64,000 nt of DNA, taken from the NCBI GenBank assembly GCA_965279375.1, contig OZ257156.1, positions 3,136,001 through 3,200,000 of the forward strand. Direction: 5' to 3'. A program made the position numbers and the translations under genes. This document shows, in pieces, positions 10,348 through 19,205 of the stretch. The stretch is from Gemmatimonas sp. (GTDB taxonomy: Bacteria; Gemmatimonadota; Gemmatimonadetes; Gemmatimonadales; Gemmatimonadaceae). The notes beneath the pieces are model-generated. The model saw only the letters and a program-made list of their open reading frames with translations, was not told the origin of the DNA and did not search any database. Numbering within the stretch: position 1 is the first letter of the stretch; the number at the start of each line of letters is the position of its first letter.

Positions 10348-10367
10348 TGCTGCTAATGTCGCTTCGC

Positions 10368-11180
10368 TTACTTGAGCGTTGGAATCTCAAGGCCCAGCTT
10401 GCCGGCGAATTGCTCGCGACGTTCATCGCTGGCAATCACGCCGTCTCGCAACACGATGACGCGGCGCGCATGCGACGCGATGTCGGGCTCGTGCGTGACC
10501 ATCACGACCGTCTGCCCCTGGCGCGCGAGCTCCTCGAAGACGCGCATGATCTCTTCCGAGGTCTGCGAGTCGAGGTTACCCGTGGGTTCGTCGGCCAGCA
10601 GGATCGACGGACGGTTCACCAGCGCGCGCGCGATGGCGACGCGTTGACGCTGACCGCCGGAGAGTTCGTTCGGGCGATGGCCCATGCGCTGACCGAGCTG
10701 CACCCGATCGAGCGCCTCACTCGCGCGCTTCTTCCGCTCGTCGGCGGAGATGCCCGCGTACACGAGCGGCAGTTCGACGTTCTGCAGCGCCGAGGCGCGG
10801 GGCAGCAGGTTGAACGTCTGGAAGACGAAGCCGATTTCCTTGTTGCGAACTCGAGCGAGTTCGTCGTCCGACATGGCACTCACAAGCATGCCGTTGAGCC
10901 AGTACTCGCCCTCGTTCGGCGTGTCGAGACAGCCGATGAGGTTCATGAGCGTGGACTTGCCCGAACCGGACGGGCCCATGATCGCGACGTACTCGTTGCG
11001 GCGAATGGCGAGATCGACGCCGCGGAGCGCGCGGACGATTTCACCACCCATGTCATACTGTCGCTTGAGACCGCGCGTGACGATGACCCAGTCCTTGTCC
11101 GGTGCGGAGCCCGGCGCGCTCAGGACGACGCGCCGTTCTCCGGTGGTGCTGAGGCCAATATCGTCGAGGGTTTCGCTCAC
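10368..11180 (-). CDS. ABC transporter ATP-binding protein (MacB/LolD-type NBD)
   Basis: Walker [10 protein letters not shown], signature [14 protein letters not shown], Walker B/D-loop [11 protein letters not shown]-loop VTHE; GTG start overlaps MFP stop. Confidence 0.95.
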   Translation of the reverse strand: MSETLDDIGLSTTGERRVVLSAPGSAPDKDWVIVTRGLKRQYDMGGEIVRALRGVDLAIRRNEYVAIMGPSGSGKSTLMNLIGCLDTPNEGEYWLNGMLVSAMSDDELARVRNKEIGFVFQTFNLLPRASALQNVELPLVYAGISADERKKRASEALDRVQLGQRMGHRPNELSGGQRQRVAIARALVNRPSILLADEPTGNLDSQTSEEIMRVFEELARQGQTVVMVTHEPDIASHARRVIVLRDGVIASDERREQFAGKLGLEIPTLK

Positions 11181-12469
11181 GATTTCTTCGCCGGTGCAGG
11201 AGTCTTCTTCTCGTCAGGCTTGGTGACCTTGATCAGCGCGCCGTCCTTCAACTCACGGATCGCCTGGTAGGTGCCAGCCACGATGGTTTCGCCAGCCTTG
11301 AGGCCGTCGAGCACTTCGAAGTGACGCTCGCCGGCGATTCCGACCTTTACGGGCCGGAAGCTGACTTTGTTGTCCGAGCCCACCACGAACACGCCTTCCA
11401 CGTCCCGCTTGCCCACTTCCTTGCTCGGCTGGCCACGTCCGACGGTCACGGCGGTGTCGGCGTTGGGGAGCTTCTCGTTCTCGCGGACGGTCAGGGCGAT
11501 GATCGGGATCGAGAGCACCTTGGTCCGACTGGCCGTCACGATCTTGGCGGTGGCCGAGAAGTCAGGGCGCGTCTCACCCGGCGGGTTGAGGAGCTGCACG
11601 CGCACTTCGTAGTCGATCGCCTGATCGCTGGTGGCGGTGGTGCTGCCCGACTTGGCGACGGAGCTGTTGGAGATCTCGACGACCTTGCCGACGAACGTGG
11701 TGTCGGGGAAGGCATCGATCTGGATGAGCGCCGAATCGCCGACGCTGATGCGAGCGACGTCGGTCTCGTCCACCTTGACCTTGGTCTCCAGCACGCTCAT
11801 GTCGCTGATCGTGAGCAGCGTGGCGGCGTCCTTGTTGAGCGTACCCATGATCGCCGTTTCGCCCTCTTCGACCACCAGGCGGGTGATCTTGCCGCTCATC
11901 GGTGCGACGATCGTGGTGCGGGTGAGCGCCTGCTTGGCGTCACGCACCGAGGCGATGGCCTGCTGCACGGAGAACTGTGCCGCTTCGGCCAGTGCCTTGT
12001 TCACTTCGGACTGCGTCTTGAGCTGCTCGAGCTGTTCTTCGGACACGCCGAGGGCGGCCGACGACTTGAGCGCGAGCTGGCGTTCGTAGTTCTTCTGCGC
12101 CTGCAGCAGGTTGGCGCGGGACTGCGCTTCCTGCGCCTTCGTGGCGGCAAGTGCGGCCTCGGCACGCTGCAGCGCGGCGGTCACCTGCTCGGGGTCGATC
12201 TGAAGCAGGAACTGCCCCTTCTTGACGATGTCGCCTTCCTTGACGGCGAGTCGCACGATCTTGCCCGTGACGTCGGCGCTGACGTTGACCTTGGTCTTGG
12301 GCTCGATCTGGCCACTCGCCGTGACCGACGCGACGAGGTCGCGCGACTCCACAGCCTCCGTGCGCACTTCCACGGGTTTCGACTGGTTCTTCTTGGCGCT
12401 CAAAAAGGCCAGGGCTGCGATGGCAACAACCACCGTGCCACCGATGCCGAACTTAACGGTCCTGGTCAT
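11177..12469 (-). CDS. Efflux periplasmic adaptor / membrane fusion protein (HlyD/MacA family)
   Basis: N-term anchor, lipoyl halves '[17 protein letters not shown]' and '[10 protein letters not shown]', coiled hairpin, 'VDETDV'. Confidence 0.93.
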   Translation of the reverse strand: MTRTVKFGIGGTVVVAIAALAFLSAKKNQSKPVEVRTEAVESRDLVASVTASGQIEPKTKVNVSADVTGKIVRLAVKEGDIVKKGQFLLQIDPEQVTAALQRAEAALAATKAQEAQSRANLLQAQKNYERQLALKSSAALGVSEEQLEQLKTQSEVNKALAEAAQFSVQQAIASVRDAKQALTRTTIVAPMSGKITRLVVEEGETAIMGTLNKDAATLLTISDMSVLETKVKVDETDVARISVGDSALIQIDAFPDTTFVGKVVEISNSSVAKSGSTTATSDQAIDYEVRVQLLNPPGETRPDFSATAKIVTASRTKVLSIPIIALTVRENEKLPNADTAVTVGRGQPSKEVGKRDVEGVFVVGSDNKVSFRPVKVGIAGERHFEVLDGLKAGETIVAGTYQAIRELKDGALIKVTKPDEKKTPAPAKKS

Positions 12470-12481
12470 GAATTCTTCCGG

Positions 12482-13984
12482 TTAGCGAAGGGGACGGCCG
12501 ACCGCAGCTTCCAGTGCGGTAAACGCCCGTTGTACGTCGAACACTGCGTTGATGCGATCCGTCTCGGCCTTCTCAAAATCGCCGCGTGCCTGGACCAACT
12601 CCACCAGGCTGATCGCGCCGACGCGGAAGCGCTCCTGCGCGAGCGTGAGTACCGTGCGCGCGGTGGCCACGTTCTGTTCCTGTAGCGCCACCGTCTGCTG
12701 CGAGGTGGTGAGCGTCAGGAATGCCGCCGTGACGTCGGCGGTGAGCCTGAGCTCCTGCGTCCGCAGATCGTTGGCTGCATTGCGGCGCGACACCGTCGCC
12801 TGCTCGACCTGCTGCTCGCGACGGAAGCCGTTGAATACGGGCAGCGAAAACGAAGCGCTGAGGCTGTACGGATTGCGCGTGAAGGAGAACGGGTACTTGC
12901 CCTGCGTATCGCGAATCGCCTGCTCGGACGCCGACGTGAACGCGATGGACTGGCACTGCGCGAGGTTGTTGGCGAGACCGATGGCGGCGCGCACTTCCTC
13001 GGAGCGAATGCAGCTCGCCTTGGACGACGCGCTGCTCAGCTGTCCGCTGGTGATGAGCTGATTGGTATTTGTGTAGCGGTTCGTGAAACCCGAGACGCTC
13101 GCGGAGAGCGACAGCGACGGGTAGTAGCTGCCGCGGGCCGAGGCGACCGCACGCTTGGCGCCCTCTTCGCGGAAGCGCAGCGCTTCGAGCTGGGGATTCG
13201 CCTTCTTGGCCAGATCGAGAATGTTCTGCAGCTCCACATTCGGGAGCGCCGCCAGATTCGCGTCGAGCTTCGTGCCAGCCACTGGCTCCGTGCCGATCTG
13301 CTGGAAGAGACGGACCACTTCGATGGCGGCCTGATTGCGGGCGTTGATTGACGCGACGCGCTGCTGGCCGTCGGCGACTTCGGCACGTTGCACATCGAGC
13401 TGCGTACCCGAGCCAACCTGCAGTCGCGCACGGGCCAGCTGGAGCTGGGCCTGTGTGGTCGTCAGCAGCGTGTCTTGCAACACCGAGCGAGCCTGCGCCT
13501 GCAGCGCGGCGAGATACTGCGTGGTGACATCGGTGCGGAGCCGCTGATCGGCGGCCGCGATGTCGCTTTCCGTAGCGCTCTGGTTGAACTGCGCCTGACG
13601 GCGGTCGTTGATCGCGCCGACGGAGACGTTGAGCGACGCGGAGGCGCTGGCGTCGGTGGAGAGCTGGTCGTTGGTGGCGCCGAACGCCTGACCCTGGAAG
13701 AACGTCTGGCGACCTTCACGGTAGCCGGCGCCAAAGTTGGTGTTCACACTCGGCAGGAAGGCGCCGTTCGCTGCACGGACGACGGCGGCGGCATTGCGGC
13801 GGGCGTTCGTGGCGGTGGCGAGCCCGGGGTTGTTGCGACGTGCGAGCGCCACGGCGTCAGCGAGCGTCAGTACGGCGCGCTGCGCCGCGGAAACCGGAGC
13901 GGAAGGGGTTTGCGCAGACAGCGCGGGTGCGGTCAGCGCGGCGCCGACAAGCGACAGCGCAAGCATGCAGACAGGAATTCGCAT
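12482..13984 (-). CDS. TolC-family outer membrane efflux protein
   Basis: Signal peptide from MRIPVCML (ATG 13984), 'LTLADAVALARRNNP', two OEP repeats, 'YYPSLSL', C-term 'LEAAVG'. Confidence 0.9.
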   Translation of the reverse strand: MRIPVCMLALSLVGAALTAPALSAQTPSAPVSAAQRAVLTLADAVALARRNNPGLATATNARRNAAAVVRAANGAFLPSVNTNFGAGYREGRQTFFQGQAFGATNDQLSTDASASASLNVSVGAINDRRQAQFNQSATESDIAAADQRLRTDVTTQYLAALQAQARSVLQDTLLTTTQAQLQLARARLQVGSGTQLDVQRAEVADGQQRVASINARNQAAIEVVRLFQQIGTEPVAGTKLDANLAALPNVELQNILDLAKKANPQLEALRFREEGAKRAVASARGSYYPSLSLSASVSGFTNRYTNTNQLITSGQLSSASSKASCIRSEEVRAAIGLANNLAQCQSIAFTSASEQAIRDTQGKYPFSFTRNPYSLSASFSLPVFNGFRREQQVEQATVSRRNAANDLRTQELRLTADVTAAFLTLTTSQQTVALQEQNVATARTVLTLAQERFRVGAISLVELVQARGDFEKAETDRINAVFDVQRAFTALEAAVGRPLR

Positions 13985-14074
13985 GTGATCGGGTCGTGGG
14001 GAGGTCATAAGCACGGGGCCGTACGCGGGGCTCCAAACCGAGGTTTCATCAGATTGGAACACCGCAGATTCGGA

Positions 14075-14833
14075 TCAGCGTGGTACATCATCGCGCAGTG
14101 CATCGATCCCCCGCGCCGAGAGCTGTACGCGAAGCAGGCGGCCTTCGCTGTCAGCCCAGATAGTGCGCGGATCCGCACTGCTGGTCACTGCTCGCCACCG
14201 CCACGCGGGACAGCGTGCGCCGGCAATGATCACCGTGTCCTGCTGCGACTCGAGTACGAGCCGCACGATACCCTGCCGATTCTCCGTCGGCGTGAGCGTC
14301 GGGATGGTGATGCCTTCGTTGACGGCGAGCGTTCGTCCGCGCACGAGCAGCGCGTACTGCAGCAGGCCGTCCTCTTCGAGAATCAGCGCGCCGGGAGAGA
14401 GCAGGTACTCGCGCGCGGCCTCGCCGGTCACGCCTCGCGACAGCGTCGAGAAGCGGCCGCGCAAACGCTGCCCGCCGAGCCGGCGGACGGTTTCGGCGCC
14501 CCGCCGTTCTTCGAGCGAGTAGCGCACCGGCGTGCCAGCGGAGTCGGTCTCGAGGCGCATTGCAGACCTCTGCTCACCCGTGGCAGACTCGGCGCGCAGT
14601 TCGAGCACGCCGCCGTCCTGCGAGGTGATCCGACGGATGGAGAACTGCTCCCGCCCGACACGCTGTCCCGCGATGGTCACCGTGAAGCTTCCCACGTCGA
14701 GCCGTTCGCCCTGCTGACGCACGCCCGCCGCGCGTGCGGGCGTACGAGCGGCCAGCGCAGACGACGCGATGGACGGGAGGCCGACTGCGAGTAGCACGGA
14801 CAGGAGTCCGACGTGAACACCGGAAAGGAGCAT
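14075..14833 (-). CDS. Hypothetical exported beta-rich protein
   Basis: Start trimmed to ATG 14833 (signal-peptide-like MLLSGVHVGLLSVLLAVG); upstream part of the ORF overlaps the kinase gene. Confidence 0.6.
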   Translation of the reverse strand: MLLSGVHVGLLSVLLAVGLPSIASSALAARTPARAAGVRQQGERLDVGSFTVTIAGQRVGREQFSIRRITSQDGGVLELRAESATGEQRSAMRLETDSAGTPVRYSLEERRGAETVRRLGGQRLRGRFSTLSRGVTGEAAREYLLSPGALILEEDGLLQYALLVRGRTLAVNEGITIPTLTPTENRQGIVRLVLESQQDTVIIAGARCPAWRWRAVTSSADPRTIWADSEGRLLRVQLSARGIDALRDDVPR

Positions 14834-14939
14834 CGACGAAAGGTAGCGACCCCTCGAGCCCTCGTGCGGGGATGACGCGAATCGCGCGAATTTGCTGCGG
14901 CCCTTCGCCATGTCGCGTGGAGCGGGGTATTGTGCGGCG

Positions 14940-17900
14940 ATGCCCGCCGCGCCCGACCCGCCGCCGATCCCGCGAGACACCTTCGACTTCGAGTCCATCG
15001 TCTCGGACTCCACGCGTGTGACCGCCCGCGTTCGGACCGGCGAAGAGCGTTGGCCGGCCGCCTGGGTGGTGTGCGCCGTGGTCTCGACGATTGCGCTGGC
15101 CTCCTGGCAGGAGGCGCACGGATGGCGCATGCTCGCGATTGCGGCAGTCGGATCGCTGGGGGCCACGGTGACGTTGCGCTGGGTGCGGTCGCCTCGCATC
15201 TGGGCCCTCGGGGCGGTGCTGTTCCTCTGGCTCGCCATCGCGATCTCCGCACGCGAGACGGCGAGGTTGGATCGCTTCGAGCGTGACTGGGCAGGGTGGT
15301 CCAGCGACGAGCGAGAGGCGCGTGGACAGCGAGTCGCGCGGAGCCTCACGGACGTGTCAACCGCCTTGCAATTGGCCACCGCCGATGCCGTGGCTGATAC
15401 CTCGCTGATCGAGGCACTCGAAAACGGCACCGCCTCGCCATACGCGCTGCGGCCGCCTCCGATCGAGGGGAAAGTCGAGTCGGCGCTTCTGATCTTCAAG
15501 CGCGGACGTCTGCTGGCGCGCGCTGGCCAATCGCACACGCCCATTCTCCCCGAAGGTCCCGCACAGACGCTGCTGGTACCGGGGCCCTTCCACACCTCGC
15601 TCGTTTCGCGCGCCGTCTCGGCCAACGGCGAACTACAAGCGGTGGCGGTCGCGCTGGTGTCGTCCGCGGCACCGGCGGATCGCTTCGCGCGATCACTGAC
15701 ACAGGTGCTTGCCGGTCGGCTTTCGATCGATCGGACGATCATCGAACCGCCCGACTCTTCCCGCGTCGATCCCGGGTCGACGGTGATGCTGGTGGTGGAT
15801 GGTCCTCGCCGGCTGGCTCGCGTGGTGTCGCTGGCCTACACGCAGGGCGAGAGCGAACAACAGCTTACACAGCGCGCGCATGTGCGAACGCTGCTGCCGC
15901 TCGCGATCGCAATGTTGCTGGTGCTCGTGACGGCGTGGCGCCGCCCAGCCAGAACGGTGCACCGCGTCGTCACGACACTGGGATTGCTGCGTGCCGTCAT
16001 GGTGGCGCAACTCAGCTTGCTTTCGAACTTCTCGCCGATCTTCGATCCGTCCACGTATTTCGCGTCGATGGGTGGCGCGCTCACGGCGAACATCGCGGCG
16101 CTGCTCATCAGCGCATCAGCAGCGCTGGCGACGCTCTTTCTCATCCTGCGTTCGCGCATCGTCCTGCGGTCGCGTGTGGCGGCAGCACTGCTTGTGCTGC
16201 TGGTGGCCGGGCTGGGGCCGTTCCTGCTGCGCGATCTCGCACGCGGCATTCAGTTGCCGCAATCCGGTGTTGGACCACGCTTGTGGATGGCGTGGCAGCT
16301 TGGTCTGGCGTTGGCCGGTGCCTCGTTGATGCTTGCCGGCGCGACGGCTGGCCAGGTCGCGCTCGGCCGAGCGCGAGGCGTCCCCCCCCTCACGGCGCCC
16401 TTGCTTGCCGTCATTTCGGCCACGCTGGCGCCGGTGCTTTGGCAGGCGCCGGGCGCATGGCCGGCGTGGTATCCGATCGGCTGGGTGCTGGCCATTGGCG
16501 CGCTGGCTCTCACAAGACGCGGCGTGGCGCTCGTACTGAGTGCGGCCGTGGTGGCCGGCGCCGGAGCAGCCACGCTCACCTGGGGGCAGGTGGCACGCGC
16601 GCGTATGGAACTCGCGCAGCACGACCTGCCGAGAATTTCAGTAGTCGATCCGAACGCGGAGAAGCTGCTGAGCCGCTTCGCGACGGCGTTGGCGGAGAAC
16701 CCGCGCCCTCCGCAGGAAAGCGACGCGATGCTGCGGAATTTCGCGTCCACCGACCTCGCCAAGGCGGGCTATCCTGCGCGCATTTCGCGCTGGATCCCCA
16801 CGCAGCTTGCCGTTCCGGTGACGGAGATTGCGCTCACTCCGCTCAGCGACTCGCTCCACACGCTGGAGGCATTCGCGCGCATCGCGGACTTCGTGCGACA
16901 AGTGGGCGCGGTGCAGATCTACAAGGTCGATGACGGACCAACGACGATTCTCGTGGCCGGCGTTCCGGCCAGCGATGGCAGCGTCACCACGATCGCGGTG
17001 CCGCCGCGCACCGGCCTCCTCCCGATCGATCCTTTCGCCAGCCTGACTGGCATCACCGGTGCTGCCGGGCGAGAACCCGCGTATCGTCTCACGCTCGCGG
17101 CCAGTTCACCGGAGGACTCCGCGACACAGCCGCTGTTGTGGCGTCGCCGCGGTACGACGATGCACGGAGATGGCATCATCGGCGGCGGTGAGGGCGCACG
17201 GCGCGTGCATGTGGAGGTCGAGCTGCGCGGTCTCGATGTGCTGCTGCCGCGCGGCGCGTTGCTTGTGCTGCTCGATCTCGCGGTGGTGATGCTGCTGTGG
17301 GGCACGTCGGCGATGGCGGACGGTGCGTTCGGTCGATGGCTGCGCGTGCGACGCGCGCGGTGGGCGCGCTCGTATCGCGTGCGACTCAGTCTCGCGTTGC
17401 TCGCCTTCTTCATTGCGCCCGCGGCGATCTTCACCGCCTGGTCCTGGTATCGGCTGCAGGACGATGACGCGTCCGCGCGAGAGCTACTGGTGCGCGAGGC
17501 GCTGCGTGTGGCGGCGGTCGATGTGAATCGCGGCGAGTTGAGCATTTCAGCGGCGAGCGCTGGCACGCCGCTTTTTCTCTATCAGGATGGACAGCTGATC
17601 GCTGCGAGCGACCGCTTGCTCGAAGCACTCGCGCCGTTGGGTCGGTTGCTGCCGGTGTCGCTCGAAGCCGAGGATTTTGGTGCCGACGATCTGTTCGCGA
17701 CGCGTCGACAGGCAATCGCCGGACGCGAGGCGCTGGTGGGTTTTCGACGTGTGCCGCAGTTCGACGCGACGGGCGTGCTGTCCACGCCGGCACGCGGCGA
17801 CGAGTTTGCGCTCGATGCGCGCCGCGCAGACCTCGGCGTACTCCTGCTCTTCGTGACGTCATTGGGTGCGCTCGCGGCCGTCTGGTCCAGCGGCGTCGCC

Positions 17901-19109
17901 GCGCGCTCGCTGGCGCGCCCGGTTCGTGCGCTTCGGGAGGCGGCGCTTTCCATCGCAGCGGGCGGCGAAGATCCGTCGCTGGGTGCGGCGCCCGCCTCGG
18001 AGTTCGCGCCGGTGTATCGCGCCTTCGGTCGCATGGCAAAGGACCTGACGATCAGTCGCGCGGCACTCGAAGCCGCGCAGCGTCGCACCGATGCTGTCCT
18101 CCAGAACGTGGCCAGCGGCGTGCTCGCCCTCAGCCCCGATGGTGCGATCGTCATCGCGAATCCACGGGCGGAAGAACTACTCCGGGTGTCGGTGCGCGCG
18201 CCGGGCGCGACGTTGGGTCTCCTGCCCACAAAGTTCGATGCGCTGACGGCGCGCTGCCGCGAGTTCCTTTCCGCTGCCGACGGCTCGGGCAGCAACGAGG
18301 ATGCGTTCGACGTCGCCGTGGATGGGCGTCAACTTCGTGCACGGCTCACGCGCCTTCCTGGCGGTGCGGTGCTCACGCTCGATGACGTGACGGAGCTGGC
18401 CACCGCCCAGCGCGTACTCGCGTGGGGCGAGATGGCGCGCCAGATCGCGCACGAGATCAAGAATCCGCTCACGCCGATTCGATTGGGCGTGCAGCACCTG
18501 CGCCGTGCGTTCCGCGACGGGCGCGGCGACTTCGGGGCCATTCTCGACACCAACGTCACGCGCGTCCTCGCTGAGATCGATCACCTCGACGAAATCGCGC
18601 GCGCCTTCAGTCGGTACGGGACCGCGCCGGCCGATCGCGAGGCTGCTGTGCGTGTGGATGTGCTGGCCGCAGTGCGCGACGTGCTGGCGTTGGAGCGGTT
18701 GGGCGAGGGTGAGGTTCGCTGGCACCTTGAAACAGACGACGGCTCCGAGGTGGTGAACGGGAATGGTGCCGACGGGGACTGGCGGGCGCTGGCGCGCCAC
18801 GACGAGCTCAAGGAGGTGCTGCTCAACGTGCTCGAGAACGCTCGTCATGCACAGGCGACGGATGTGACCGTTCGCATCGCGCGGAGAGATCAGCGGGTGC
18901 ACATCTCGGTGCTGGACAATGGCACCGGCGTGGCGCCTGAGGTGATCGGTCGCGTCTTCGAACCGCACTTCTCCACCAGCACGAGTGGGAGCGGACTCGG
19001 GCTGGCGATCAGTCGTCGCTTGATCGAGGGTTGGGGCGGGTCGATCACGTTGCAGAGCGCTCCCGGCGCGGGGGCAACGGTGGAGATCGTTCTGCGCGCG
19101 GCGGCGTAA
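14940..19109 (+). CDS. Very large multi-TM sensor histidine kinase (NtrY-like HAMP-PAS-HisKA-HATPase)
   Basis: H-box AHEIKNPLTPI, N-box NVLENA, DNGTG, FEPHFST, GSGLGL; many N-terminal TM segments; start uncertain (14892/14910/14940). Confidence 0.9.
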   Translation: MPAAPDPPPIPRDTFDFESIVSDSTRVTARVRTGEERWPAAWVVCAVVSTIALASWQEAHGWRMLAIAAVGSLGATVTLRWVRSPRIWALGAVLFLWLAIAISARETARLDRFERDWAGWSSDEREARGQRVARSLTDVSTALQLATADAVADTSLIEALENGTASPYALRPPPIEGKVESALLIFKRGRLLARAGQSHTPILPEGPAQTLLVPGPFHTSLVSRAVSANGELQAVAVALVSSAAPADRFARSLTQVLAGRLSIDRTIIEPPDSSRVDPGSTVMLVVDGPRRLARVVSLAYTQGESEQQLTQRAHVRTLLPLAIAMLLVLVTAWRRPARTVHRVVTTLGLLRAVMVAQLSLLSNFSPIFDPSTYFASMGGALTANIAALLISASAALATLFLILRSRIVLRSRVAAALLVLLVAGLGPFLLRDLARGIQLPQSGVGPRLWMAWQLGLALAGASLMLAGATAGQVALGRARGVPPLTAPLLAVISATLAPVLWQAPGAWPAWYPIGWVLAIGALALTRRGVALVLSAAVVAGAGAATLTWGQVARARMELAQHDLPRISVVDPNAEKLLSRFATALAENPRPPQESDAMLRNFASTDLAKAGYPARISRWIPTQLAVPVTEIALTPLSDSLHTLEAFARIADFVRQVGAVQIYKVDDGPTTILVAGVPASDGSVTTIAVPPRTGLLPIDPFASLTGITGAAGREPAYRLTLAASSPEDSATQPLLWRRRGTTMHGDGIIGGGEGARRVHVEVELRGLDVLLPRGALLVLLDLAVVMLLWGTSAMADGAFGRWLRVRRARWARSYRVRLSLALLAFFIAPAAIFTAWSWYRLQDDDASARELLVREALRVAAVDVNRGELSISAASAGTPLFLYQDGQLIAASDRLLEALAPLGRLLPVSLEAEDFGADDLFATRRQAIAGREALVGFRRVPQFDATGVLSTPARGDEFALDARRADLGVLLLFVTSLGALAAVWSSGVAARSLARPVRALREAALSIAAGGEDPSLGAAPASEFAPVYRAFGRMAKDLTISRAALEAAQRRTDAVLQNVASGVLALSPDGAIVIANPRAEELLRVSVRAPGATLGLLPTKFDALTARCREFLSAADGSGSNEDAFDVAVDGRQLRARLTRLPGGAVLTLDDVTELATAQRVLAWGEMARQIAHEIKNPLTPIRLGVQHLRRAFRDGRGDFGAILDTNVTRVLAEIDHLDEIARAFSRYGTAPADREAAVRVDVLAAVRDVLALERLGEGEVRWHLETDDGSEVVNGNGADGDWRALARHDELKEVLLNVLENARHAQATDVTVRIARRDQRVHISVLDNGTGVAPEVIGRVFEPHFSTSTSGSGLGLAISRRLIEGWGGSITLQSAPGAGATVEIVLRAAA

Positions 19110-19205
19110 CGGTTCGCGCCCGCCGCAGCAATCGTGCGGTCCGCTGCGCGTGAATTGATCGGATTCGGGAGCGGTGCCGAAGCCGCCGTGGCGTTACTCT
19201 TCAGC

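Noticed and set aside
3730..14794. Long plus-strand ORFs (522, 647, 361, 454, 468 aa) opposite the exporter operon
   Set aside because: Antisense shadows of well-supported genes in high-GC DNA; no recognisable motifs.
14834..15742. N-terminal extension of the 555-aa ORF 14075..15742
   Set aside because: Overlaps the histidine kinase on the other strand; the plausible start is 14833.
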